Assembly: GCA_038147155.1 (NCBI GenBank)
Contig: JAYQTA010000005.1
Location: 26,745-90,744 of the forward strand
Source: Candidatus Australimonas brisbanensis
Lineage (GTDB): Bacteria > Chloroflexota > Dehalococcoidia > Lucifugimonadales > Australimonadaceae
DNA length: 64,000 nt
Direction: 5' to 3'
The position numbers and the translations under genes are program-made. The notes beneath the pieces were generated by a model. The model did not search any database. It was not told the origin of the DNA and saw only the letters and a program-made list of their open reading frames with translations. Below, piece after piece: positions 18,099 through 26,169 of the stretch (position 1 is the first letter of the stretch; every line of letters begins with the position of its first letter).

Positions 18099-19370
18099 AT
18101 GCTGACCACCGCAGAGAACGAGCGCCTCACCCAGGTTGGCCCCGGCACGCCCATGGGCGAACTGATGCGCCGCTACTGGCACCCCATCGCCGCCACCGGC
18201 GAACTGGAGGCCAAGCCCACCAAGGCCGTGAAGGTCCTGGGCGAGGAGCTGGTGCTCTATAAGGACAACTCCGGCAAGTACGGGCTGGTGGACCGCTACT
18301 GCCCGCACCGGCGCGTGGACCTCTCCTACGGCATCCCTGAGGAGCACGGCCTGCGCTGCATGTACCACGGGTGGATGTTCGACGAGACAGGCGCCTGCAT
18401 CGAGCAGCCCTTCGAGGAGACGGTGCACCCGGACGGGCGTTTCAAGGAGAAGACCGGTATCGCCGGTTACCCCGTGCAGGAGAGCGCGGGGCTGCTGTTC
18501 GCCTACATGGGCCCGCAGCCCGCTCCCCTGCTGCCTCAGTGGGACCAGCTCACGTGGGACAACGTGGTGCGGGACATCTGCCTCACCAACCTTCCGTGCA
18601 ACTGGCTCCAGTGTCAGGAGAACAGCCTGGACGGGGTGCATTCGGAGTGGCTCCACGGCTACTACGGCAACTGGCTGCGCACGGGCGTCGCCGCTCGACC
18701 CAAGGGCCAGGGCACCACGCTCAAGCTGGGGTTCGACACCTTCGAGTACGGCATCATCAAGCGCCGCCTCCAAGAGGGCTTCGCCGAGGACGGCGACGAC
18801 TGGGTGGTGGGCCACCCGGTGATGTTCCCCAACATCCTCTCGGTGGGGAACGAGACGCGCTCAATCACCCAGTGGCGCGTGCCCATGGACGACGAGAACA
18901 CCCTGCACGTCTCCCTCTACACCTTCCGGCCCGCGCCGGGCGCCCAGGCCCCGCACCAGGACATCCCCGCGTGGCGCTACGTGCCGCTCACCGAACCCGA
19001 TGGACGCTTCGTGACCGACATCCTGTTCAACCAGGATTACATGGCCTGGAGCACGCAGGGGCGCATCGCCGACCGGGCCATCGAGATGCTGGGCCGCTCG
19101 GACGTGGGCATAATCCTGTTCCGGCGCATGCTGGCCCAGCAGTTGGACGTGGTGGCCGACGGCGGTGAGCCCATGAACGTGTTCCGCGACCCCGCCGAGG
19201 CCGCGCGCATCGTGCTCCCCCTGGAGAAGGTGAAGCACGGCGTCCTTGCCGACGGGAAGTACCGGCCCATGGAGGCCGGGCCCTCCGCTGCCCACGATCT
19301 CATCGAACAGACCCTCGCCACGTGGACCACGGTCTACGCGGGCAAAGAGGGCGCACAGGGATTCTTCTAG
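18099..19370 (+). CDS. Rieske [2Fe-2S] non-heme iron oxygenase, alpha-only phthalate/VanA/LigXa-type (paralog 1)
   Basis: Rieske ligands CPHR...CMYHGW. N-terminal LTQVGPGTPMGELMRRYWHP, typical of this family. Confidence 0.85.
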   Translation: MLTTAENERLTQVGPGTPMGELMRRYWHPIAATGELEAKPTKAVKVLGEELVLYKDNSGKYGLVDRYCPHRRVDLSYGIPEEHGLRCMYHGWMFDETGACIEQPFEETVHPDGRFKEKTGIAGYPVQESAGLLFAYMGPQPAPLLPQWDQLTWDNVVRDICLTNLPCNWLQCQENSLDGVHSEWLHGYYGNWLRTGVAARPKGQGTTLKLGFDTFEYGIIKRRLQEGFAEDGDDWVVGHPVMFPNILSVGNETRSITQWRVPMDDENTLHVSLYTFRPAPGAQAPHQDIPAWRYVPLTEPDGRFVTDILFNQDYMAWSTQGRIADRAIEMLGRSDVGIILFRRMLAQQLDVVADGGEPMNVFRDPAEAARIVLPLEKVKHGVLADGKYRPMEAGPSAAHDLIEQTLATWTTVYAGKEGAQGFF

Positions 19371-19372
19371 AC

Positions 19373-20296
19373 ATGAGCATCGCCTCCCGCACCCGCATCG
19401 GCATCTCCTCCCCGCACATCTTCCCGGACGGGACGGTGGACATGGCGCTGGTGCGCCGCTACGCCGCCCGCGCCGAGGAATTGGGTTATTCCAGCCTCTG
19501 GACGCAGGAGCGCGTCACCGGCACCCCCGTGGTGCTGGACCCGATCCCGTTCCTCTCCTACCTGGCCGGGCAGACCACCAAGGCGCGCATCGGCGTCTCC
19601 GTGCTGGTGCTGGCGCGCCACAACGTGGTGCACCTGGCCAAGCACCTGGCCTCCCTGGACCAGATGTCCGGCGGGCGGCTCATCGTGGGCCTGGGGTTGG
19701 GCGCCAACGCGGCGGACCTGGCCACCTACGGCGTGCCGCCGGAACGACGGGTGCTGCGCTTCAACGAGTCCATCGCGGCCCTGCGTTCGCTGTGGGCCGA
19801 GACCCCGGCCGCCTTCCAGGGAGAGTTGGTCAGCGTGAAGGGCGTGAACATCGAGCCCAAGCCTGCCCAGAACCCGCTGCCCATCTGGTTCGGCGCCAAC
19901 GCCGAGGCCGCCGTGGAGCGCGCCGTGCGCCACGGCAACGGCTGGACGGGCGCCGGATCCTCTCTGCGCGAGGTATTCCCCCAGCGCCTGGCCCTGGCCA
20001 AGCGGCTGCGGGAGGAGGCCGGCAAGTCCAAGGCCGACTTCCCCCTCTCCAAGCGCGTGTACCTGGCGCTGGATGAGAACGAATCGCGCGCCCGCGAGCG
20101 CCTGGCCGACTGGTTCGCCTACTACTACGGCAACCGCGAGCTGATGGAGAAGGTGGCCGTGTACGGCGCCCCCGCCCGCGTGCAGGAGCAGCTGGAAGCC
20201 TGGTCCGACGCCGGGGTGGACGAGTTCATCCTCAACCCGGTATACGACCAGGAGCAGCACCTGGAGCAGTTGGCCAAGCTCACGGGCCTGGTGTAG
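19373..20296 (+). CDS. LLM-class (luciferase-like) flavin/F420-dependent oxidoreductase
   Basis: Motifs ELGYSSLWTQER, RIGVSVLVLARHN and SGGRLIVGLGLG. Start at ATG 19373, 3 nt after the upstream TAG. Confidence 0.8.
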   Translation: MSIASRTRIGISSPHIFPDGTVDMALVRRYAARAEELGYSSLWTQERVTGTPVVLDPIPFLSYLAGQTTKARIGVSVLVLARHNVVHLAKHLASLDQMSGGRLIVGLGLGANAADLATYGVPPERRVLRFNESIAALRSLWAETPAAFQGELVSVKGVNIEPKPAQNPLPIWFGANAEAAVERAVRHGNGWTGAGSSLREVFPQRLALAKRLREEAGKSKADFPLSKRVYLALDENESRARERLADWFAYYYGNRELMEKVAVYGAPARVQEQLEAWSDAGVDEFILNPVYDQEQHLEQLAKLTGLV

Positions 20297-20308
20297 TCAG
20301 TCCGGCGA

Positions 20309-20337
20309 TTGACGCTCCGGCCAACCCCGCCTAGCAT
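20309..20337 (+). promoter_or_regulatory. putative sigma-70-type promoter (TTGACG-N17-TAGCAT)
   Basis: TTGACG at 20309-20314 and TAGCAT at 20332-20337, upstream of the LigB-type gene. Confidence 0.4.
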
Positions 20338-20373
20338 CGCCCCGCCGCGCCCACGGCGCGCGAGGAGGCGAGC

Positions 20374-21342
20374 ATGGCGCAGTTGGTACTCGGCATCGGC
20401 AGTTCCCACGGCCCCACCCTCCAGACTCCGCCGGAGGGGTGGCCGCGCCTGGGCGTGGGGGACACGAAGGACCCCCGCTTCAACTTCGACGAACTGGCCG
20501 CCAGAGCCAAGCCGGACATCGCCGATGAGATCACCCCCGAGGTGATGCGCGAGCGCCACCAGCGCAACCAGGAGGGGCTGGACGCCCTGGTGCGCCGGTT
20601 CCAGGACGCGCGGCTGGATGCGGTGGTGGTCATCTCCAACCCGCACCGCATCTTCCCGGACGACGCCCACCCGGTGCTGGGGGTCTATCGCGGCGATGAC
20701 CTGCCAGTGCAGATGAAGAAGCCCGTGTTCGACCCCAACGACCGCTTCGCCTCCCTGCGCGCCCAGAGCCTGGGTGATGACGAGATGAAGCGCTTCCCGG
20801 CCCAGCCCTCGCTGGCGACCCACCTGCTCACCACCCTGATCGACGCCGACTTCGACGTTGCCTCGGTGGAGCGCATCCGCGAGGGCAACACCCTGGACGA
20901 TGCCTTCGCCTTCCTCTACGAGCGGTTCGCGCCCGACGGCGCCGTGCCCGCGGTGCCCTTCTTCCTCTCGCGCTACCGCCCCTACCAGCCCACCGCCCGG
21001 CGCGCCTACGCCCTGGGCAAGGCGCTGGGAGAGGCCATCGCCTCGTGGGACGCGGACGCGCGCGTCGGCGTGCTGGCTTCGGGGGGCCTCAGCCACCAGG
21101 TGCTGGACGAGGAGCTGGACCGGGCGGTCATCGCCGCACTGGAGGCGGGCGATGCCGATGCGCTACGCGGGCTCGACAGCGGGCGGCTCAACATCGGCCC
21201 CGGAACGCCCGAGGTCCTCAACTGGGTCGCCGTGGCAGGGGCCATGGCCCCGACCACCATGCAACTGGTGGACTACATCCCGTGCTACCGCTCCCTGGCG
21301 GGGACCGGACACGGCATCACCTTCGGATACTGGGAGGCCTAG
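20374..21342 (+). CDS. class III extradiol ring-cleavage dioxygenase (LigB family)
   Basis: LGIGSSHGP N-terminus and SGGLSHQV motif. Size and pattern fit LigB/LigZ/gallate-dioxygenase-type enzymes. Confidence 0.7.
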   Translation: MAQLVLGIGSSHGPTLQTPPEGWPRLGVGDTKDPRFNFDELAARAKPDIADEITPEVMRERHQRNQEGLDALVRRFQDARLDAVVVISNPHRIFPDDAHPVLGVYRGDDLPVQMKKPVFDPNDRFASLRAQSLGDDEMKRFPAQPSLATHLLTTLIDADFDVASVERIREGNTLDDAFAFLYERFAPDGAVPAVPFFLSRYRPYQPTARRAYALGKALGEAIASWDADARVGVLASGGLSHQVLDEELDRAVIAALEAGDADALRGLDSGRLNIGPGTPEVLNWVAVAGAMAPTTMQLVDYIPCYRSLAGTGHGITFGYWEA

Positions 21343-21347
21343 ACCGT

Positions 21348-21623
21348 ATGCAGATCCTGGGACGATGCGGGCACAAGGAGACGGCCCGCTACTTCACCAC
21401 CGACGTCAACGTGTGCCCGCAGTGCGTGGAGATGGGCGATACGTAGGTACACCTGCGCATGTGCATGGAGCGCGGGAAGGTGGGCTGCTGCAACGACTCC
21501 AAGAACAAGTAAGCCTCCGCGCACTTCAGGGCCGATGGACACACGCTGATGCGCTCCATAGAGCCCGCTGAGGACTAGGGCTTCTGCTTCTTGGACGATA
21601 AGTTCGTCAAGATCGCGGAGTGA
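21348..21623 (+). pseudogene. UBP-type zinc-finger protein gene with three in-frame stop codons
   Basis: One frame reads MQILGRCGHKETARYFTTDVNVCPQCVEMGDT*VHLRMCMERGKVGCCNDSKNK*ASAHFRADGHTLMRSIEPAEDWGFCF-type tail. Stops are TAG 21444-21446, TAA 21510-21512 and TAG 21576-21578. The final stop is TGA 21621-21623. Confidence 0.7.
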
Positions 21624-21648
21624 GCGGCCCGCCTGAACCCGGACGAGC

Positions 21649-21685
21649 GAAGGAGAGGAGCGGACGGCGTCCGCTCCTCTCCTTC
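21649..21685 (+). terminator. GC-rich hairpin terminator
   Basis: GAAGGAGAGGAGCGGAC-GGC-GTCCGCTCCTCTCCTTC, a perfect 17-bp stem. Confidence 0.6.
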
Positions 21686-21734
21686 ATCCCCGCTGCTCCC
21701 CCTGTCCACAGGGCACGCCTCCTCGTCGTTAGGT

Positions 21735-21830
21735 GTCATGTTTATCACTGTTTTATTCGCATATTTTTCGTGAAGTGAATCACTAGGCGATTTTCCTTGC
21801 CGTTCCTCGGCGTTCTGTGATAAACACCCC
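21735..21830. promoter_or_regulatory. AT-rich regulatory region with inverted repeats upstream of the TctC-like/Rieske genes
   Basis: This is the lowest-GC stretch of the window. TGTTTATCAC (21739-21748) has its exact reverse complement GTGATAAACA about 70 bp downstream. ATCAC half-sites recur (TTATCACTG, AATCACTAG). Confidence 0.4.
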
Positions 21831-21871
21831 GGAACCGGCGGATGTCCCGCTGGATTCTCGGGAGGTGACCC

Positions 21872-23038
21872 ATGCGAGTCCGTAAGTCCCTTGGCCTGGC
21901 GCTTCTGACGCTGGCGCTGGCCGGCCTGTTGGCGGCCTGTGGTGGCGAGACGCCCACCGCTACCCCCACGGCCACCCCCAAGCCCGCCGACAACGGCGAC
22001 ACCACGGCGCCCGCGGCAACGCCAACGCCGTCCTTCGACCTGGCGGCCCACTTCAAGGGCAAGACCATCCGCATCATGGCCAACTCCAACCCCGGTGGCG
22101 GCACCGACGCCCAGGGGCGCTTTATGGCCACGTTCCTGAGCGAGTGGATCCCGGGTAACCCCCGGTTCATCGTCTCCAACAACGGCAACAAGGACGGCGA
22201 GTACGACTACGCCGCCTCCCGCGCGCCCAAGGACGGGACGTACTGGTCCTGGACCTCCACGCCTGAGCTGGAGCGCGGCCACCGCGACGGCGCGGTGAAG
22301 CGGTCTGAGTTCCGGTTCCTCTGGACCCAGGCCCCGCGCAACGTGCAGACGCTCACCTATGAGTCCAAGTACAACTGCGCATGGGATGCCTCCGGTTCCA
22401 GCGAGGCGTTCTTCTCCTTCGCCGACGAGATCGCCGACGTGGAGTCGGGTGGCGCAACCATCCTGGCCAACGTGAGCTACATGGAGGACCTGCGGGTTCC
22501 CATCATCTACAAGGCCGTGGCCTCTGCGACCACCGCCGACGTGCTGCTGATGTGGGAGCGCGGTGACATCAACTCCACCTCCCGCAACTCCCTCTGGTAC
22601 CAGTTGCCCACCACCCGCACGGGATGGGTGGCCGATGGCACGGTTCGGATGGTGGCCGACATGGGCTTCACGCCCGCCCAGGCCAACGCCGAGGCCGAGC
22701 CGCACTGCGGCCAGGTCCGCGACCACATGACCCCCGAGGGCGTCGAGCGCCTCAACGGCTTCTTCAACCCCTCCACCTACGTGGGCAAGTCGCTCTGGCT
22801 GCCCCCCGGTGTGCCCGAGGAGGTCTGGGTGGGCCTGGGTGAGGCCCTCAAGGCCGCCTTCAACGACCCGGGTGTCTCGGCCAAGTACGAGGACTTCACG
22901 GGCGTCGCCATGAACGAGCAGATCTACTACGAGCAGGGCCAGGAGCTCACGGTCATCACCGACCCGGCCTACGCCAAGGCGATCGCCGTCATCGACGCCG
23001 AGTCCGCTCGCATCCGCGAGAAGTACTTCGGTCTCTAG
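21872..23038 (+). CDS. TctC/Bug-family tripartite tricarboxylate transporter substrate-binding lipoprotein (orphan)
   Basis: Lipobox LLAAC, then a Thr/Pro-rich linker. KTIRIMANSNPGGGTD and PGNPRFIV are shared with the TctC-like gene at 53273. Strong SD GGGAGGTGA. Confidence 0.7.
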   Translation: MRVRKSLGLALLTLALAGLLAACGGETPTATPTATPKPADNGDTTAPAATPTPSFDLAAHFKGKTIRIMANSNPGGGTDAQGRFMATFLSEWIPGNPRFIVSNNGNKDGEYDYAASRAPKDGTYWSWTSTPELERGHRDGAVKRSEFRFLWTQAPRNVQTLTYESKYNCAWDASGSSEAFFSFADEIADVESGGATILANVSYMEDLRVPIIYKAVASATTADVLLMWERGDINSTSRNSLWYQLPTTRTGWVADGTVRMVADMGFTPAQANAEAEPHCGQVRDHMTPEGVERLNGFFNPSTYVGKSLWLPPGVPEEVWVGLGEALKAAFNDPGVSAKYEDFTGVAMNEQIYYEQGQELTVITDPAYAKAIAVIDAESARIREKYFGL

Positions 23039-23051
23039 CCACACGTGACCT

Positions 23052-23081
23052 GCAGGGGGGAGGCTCCGTCCTCCCCCCTGC
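23052..23081 (+). terminator. GC-rich hairpin terminator
   Basis: GCAGGGGGGAGG-CTCCGT-CCTCCCCCCTGC. Confidence 0.55.
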
Positions 23082-23300
23082 GCATGCGGCGCCACGGCGC
23101 CCCTCGTGGGGGAGGGGAGTAGCACCGTTCCTCCCGCTGCTCTCCTCCCCCTCCCTGCGTCTTCCGTACTCCACGCACCCAACCATGGTTGGGGTGCGAT
23201 TGCGTGTGCCCGCCGGATGTGCTAGACACAGCGCGCCCCCGCACCCTGCTGGGGACAACACGTCCCAGCCCCGTTCGCGCTGCACGCAGGAGGTGCAACC

Positions 23301-24653
23301 ATGCTGTCCGCAGAAGTGAACGACCGCTACACCCGCGTCGGCCCCGGCACGCCCACGGGCGAGCTGATGCGCCGCTACTGGCACCCCGTGGCCGCCGTCT
23401 CCCAGATGAACGACATCTTCACCAAGAAGGTGCGCCTGCTGGGGGAGGACCTGATCCTCTACAAGGACCGGAGCGGCACCTTCGGGCTCATCGAGCCCCT
23501 CTGTGCGCACCGGCGCATGAACATGATCTACGGCATCCCCGAGGAGCACGGCCTGCGCTGCGCCTACCACGGCTGGATGTTCGATGAGACCGGCGCCTGC
23601 ACCGAGCAGCCCTACGAGGAGACCGAGGACCCCACGGGCAACTACAAGGACAAGATCCACATGAAGGCCTACCCGGTGCAGGTGAAGGCCGGCATCGTGT
23701 TCACCTACATGGGCCCCGCCCCCGCCCCACTGCTGCCCAACTGGGACGTGTTCGCGGCGGAGGACGTGGTGCGCGACGTGGGCTACGCGGAACTGCCGTG
23801 CAACTGGCTCCAGTGCCAGGAGAACTCCCTGGACCCGGTGCACCTGGAGTGGCTCCACGTGTACTGGAGCAACTTCATCACCGAGATGCGCGGGGAGCCG
23901 GAGAAGAAGCGGGCCGTGCGCCGCCACGCCAAGGTCCACTTCGACCGGTTCGAGTACGGCATCTACAAACGCCGGGTGATGCAGGGCGGGTCGGAGGAGG
24001 ACACCTCCTGGCGTGAGGGGCATCCCATCGTCTTCCCGTACTTCCTGCGCCAGGGGGGTGATGGGTTCATCCGTGAGCACTGGCGGCTCACCGGACCGGC
24101 CTTCCAGATACGCGTGCCGCTGGATGACACCCACACCGGCCACTGGTGGGTGATGTGCCACCAGGCCGAGCCCGGCGCACCGGCCCAGCAGAACGAGGAC
24201 GTACCGTTCTTCAGCCCGCCGGTCATCGAGCTGGACGAGAACGACCAGCCCCAGTACTCCATCCTGGACTCCAACTCCGCCCAGGACCTGGCGGCGTGGA
24301 TCACCCAGGGCGCCATCGCCAACCGCGAGCGGGAGAACCTGGGGCGCTCGGACAAGGGCATCATTCTGTTCCGCCAGATGCTGGAGGAGAACATCCGGCT
24401 GGTGGAGGACGGAGCGGACCCCATGAACACCTTCCGTGACCCGGCTGAGAACGTCTACCACGGCATGGTCACCGAGCTGCCCAAGGAACTGGCGGAGAAG
24501 CGCTCCAAGACCGACGTGGGCGGCACCGGCACCGGCGGGTCGGTCTTCTCCCGCCAGGGCATGGCCTCCAAGTACAGCCCCATCCTGAACCAGCGGGGCG
24601 TGGAGGGCGGCGCGGACGCCGCCGAGCGCCGCCGCCAGATAGGCCAGAAGTAG
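23301..24653 (+). CDS. Rieske [2Fe-2S] non-heme iron oxygenase, alpha-only type (paralog 2)
   Basis: CAHR...CAYHGW Rieske ligands. Long identical blocks with paralog 1 (GIPEEHGLRC, YHGWMFDETGAC). SD AGGAGG. Confidence 0.85.
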   Translation: MLSAEVNDRYTRVGPGTPTGELMRRYWHPVAAVSQMNDIFTKKVRLLGEDLILYKDRSGTFGLIEPLCAHRRMNMIYGIPEEHGLRCAYHGWMFDETGACTEQPYEETEDPTGNYKDKIHMKAYPVQVKAGIVFTYMGPAPAPLLPNWDVFAAEDVVRDVGYAELPCNWLQCQENSLDPVHLEWLHVYWSNFITEMRGEPEKKRAVRRHAKVHFDRFEYGIYKRRVMQGGSEEDTSWREGHPIVFPYFLRQGGDGFIREHWRLTGPAFQIRVPLDDTHTGHWWVMCHQAEPGAPAQQNEDVPFFSPPVIELDENDQPQYSILDSNSAQDLAAWITQGAIANRERENLGRSDKGIILFRQMLEENIRLVEDGADPMNTFRDPAENVYHGMVTELPKELAEKRSKTDVGGTGTGGSVFSRQGMASKYSPILNQRGVEGGADAAERRRQIGQK

Positions 24654-24656
24654 CGC

Positions 24657-24699
24657 TCAACCGGGGCGGGCGGTGATGCCGCCCGTCCGCCCCGGTTGA
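24657..24699 (+). terminator. long GC-rich hairpin after the Rieske gene
   Basis: TCAACCGGGGC...GCCCCGGTTGA outer stem with inner GGGCGG/CCGCCC. The 3' arm overlaps the next promoter's -35 box. Confidence 0.55.
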
Positions 24700-24725
24700 C
24701 AGCCTCGCTCCCCTGACGCTAGGCT
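24696..24725 (+). promoter_or_regulatory. putative promoter TTGACA-N18-TAGGCT driving a leaderless transcript
   Basis: TTGACA at 24696-24701 and TAGGCT at 24720-24725. The ATG at 24733 lies 7 nt after the -10 box and has no Shine-Dalgarno. Confidence 0.5.
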
Positions 24726-24732
24726 CTCCGCG

Positions 24733-24798
24733 ATGTTGAACTGCACCGGCTGCTGTAACTGTTGTTGCTGTGCACACCCGCTCGAGGAGCAGGGCTAG
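24733..24798 (+). CDS. polycysteine leader peptide (21 aa, 7 Cys), putative cysteine-sensing attenuator sORF
   Basis: ATG TTG AAC TGC ACC GGC TGC TGT AAC TGT TGT TGC TGT GCA CAC CCG CTC GAG GAG CAG GGC TAG = MLNCTGCCNCCCCAHPLEEQG. Too short for the ORF track. It lies between a promoter and a terminator, upstream of a sulfur-uptake operon. Confidence 0.6.
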   Translation: MLNCTGCCNCCCCAHPLEEQG

Positions 24799-24849
24799 CC
24801 CAACGCGACATCGTGACAGCGGCGCGCAAGCGTCCATCGACCCAGCGCA

Positions 24850-24879
24850 AGGCAGACTGCTCCGGCAGCCTGCCTTTTT
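24850..24879 (+). terminator. intrinsic terminator (attenuator) between the poly-Cys sORF and yeeE
   Basis: AGGCAG-A-CTGC-TCCG-GCAG-C-CTGCCT followed by TTTTT. This is the only hairpin in the window with a clean U-tract. It lies about 40 nt before the yeeE ATG. Confidence 0.65.
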
Positions 24880-24918
24880 CGTTGCCCCCACAACCACCTC
24901 TCCGGAGCGACCAACGCG

Positions 24919-26169
24919 ATGACCACCGCCCCTGCCGCAGCCACTCCCGCCCGCAACCCCCTGGTGCCGGTCTCGCGCCAGACCATCGCCGGGTTCGCCG
25001 TGGCGGCGGCGAGCATCCTGGCCGCCTACCTCATCAGCCGGAGCGACCCCGAGTCCGGGGCAATCTGGATTCTGTCTCTCGCCTTCGGTTTCACCCTCCA
25101 GCGCGCCCGCTTCTGCTTCGCCGCCGCCTTCCGTGACCTGTTCCTCTTCGGCTCCGGCGCCAACATGAAGGGCATCCTGGTGGGCATGGCCGTCTCCACC
25201 GTCGGCTTCGCCGCCATCATGTACTGGTTGGTGAGCCGGCCCGGCAGCGGCCAACTGCCCGGGGAGGCGCACATCCTACCCGTGGGTCTCTCGGTCGTCG
25301 TTGGCGGGGTGGTCTTCGGCGTGGGGATGGTCATCGCGGGCGGGTGCGTCTCCGGCACGCTCTACCGCATGGCCGAGGGGTACGTGGCCTCCTGGGTCAC
25401 CATGGGCGGCATCATCCTGGGCCTGGCGGGTCTCAGCCTCACCTGGAACTGGTGGTGGGAGAGCATCATCTCCAACGAGCCCAAGATCTGGCTCCCCGCG
25501 ACGGGCGGCCTCGGCTACTCCGGCGCGGTGGCCCTCACGCTGGTGGCCATCGCCGGCATCTACGTCCTGGTCACCTGGTGGGAGGCACGCTCCGGCATCT
25601 ACTCCCCCACCATCAACCGCAAGTCCTCCGGCATCCCCTCCTTCACCCAGCGCATCGCGTCCACCCTCGCCTCCGTGTTCAAGAGCGGCTGGTCGGCGGT
25701 GGTGGGCGGGCTGGTGCTGGGCATCATCGCCATCGTCATGTTCACCGTGCACATGCCCCTGGGCGTCACCGGCGAACTGATGTACTTCTCCCACAGGCTG
25801 CTGGAGTTTGTGGGGCTCGGGCCCGTGGTGATGAACGGGCTGGACGGGCTGGGCGGATGCACCGCCGAGCCGGGCGCGGGGCTCATCAACCACACCTTCG
25901 CCCTCACCGTCGGCATCCTACCGGGGGCGCTGATGGGCGCGCTGTTCGCGGGTGAGTTCCGGGTGCGCTACCCACGCCAGGTGCGCCGCTACATCCAGGG
26001 CATCGGCGGCGGGCTGCTGATGGGGTACTCGGCCGGCCTGGCCATCGGGTGCACCATTGGGGCGTTCTTCTCGGCCATCCCCTCGCTGTCCGTCTCCGGC
26101 TGGCTCTTCGGCCTGGCGCTGGCAGGCGGGGCGTTCGTGGGCACCAAGGTGCTGCGGAGAATCGGCTGA
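24919..26169 (+). CDS. yeeE: YeeE/YedE family sulfur-compound (thiosulfate) transporter
   Basis: Polytopic membrane protein with the family motifs FGFTLQRARFCFAAAFRD, GGCVSGTLYR and AIGCTIGAF (conserved Cys-containing half-helices). Confidence 0.85.
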   Translation: MTTAPAAATPARNPLVPVSRQTIAGFAVAAASILAAYLISRSDPESGAIWILSLAFGFTLQRARFCFAAAFRDLFLFGSGANMKGILVGMAVSTVGFAAIMYWLVSRPGSGQLPGEAHILPVGLSVVVGGVVFGVGMVIAGGCVSGTLYRMAEGYVASWVTMGGIILGLAGLSLTWNWWWESIISNEPKIWLPATGGLGYSGAVALTLVAIAGIYVLVTWWEARSGIYSPTINRKSSGIPSFTQRIASTLASVFKSGWSAVVGGLVLGIIAIVMFTVHMPLGVTGELMYFSHRLLEFVGLGPVVMNGLDGLGGCTAEPGAGLINHTFALTVGILPGALMGALFAGEFRVRYPRQVRRYIQGIGGGLLMGYSAGLAIGCTIGAFFSAIPSLSVSGWLFGLALAGGAFVGTKVLRRIG

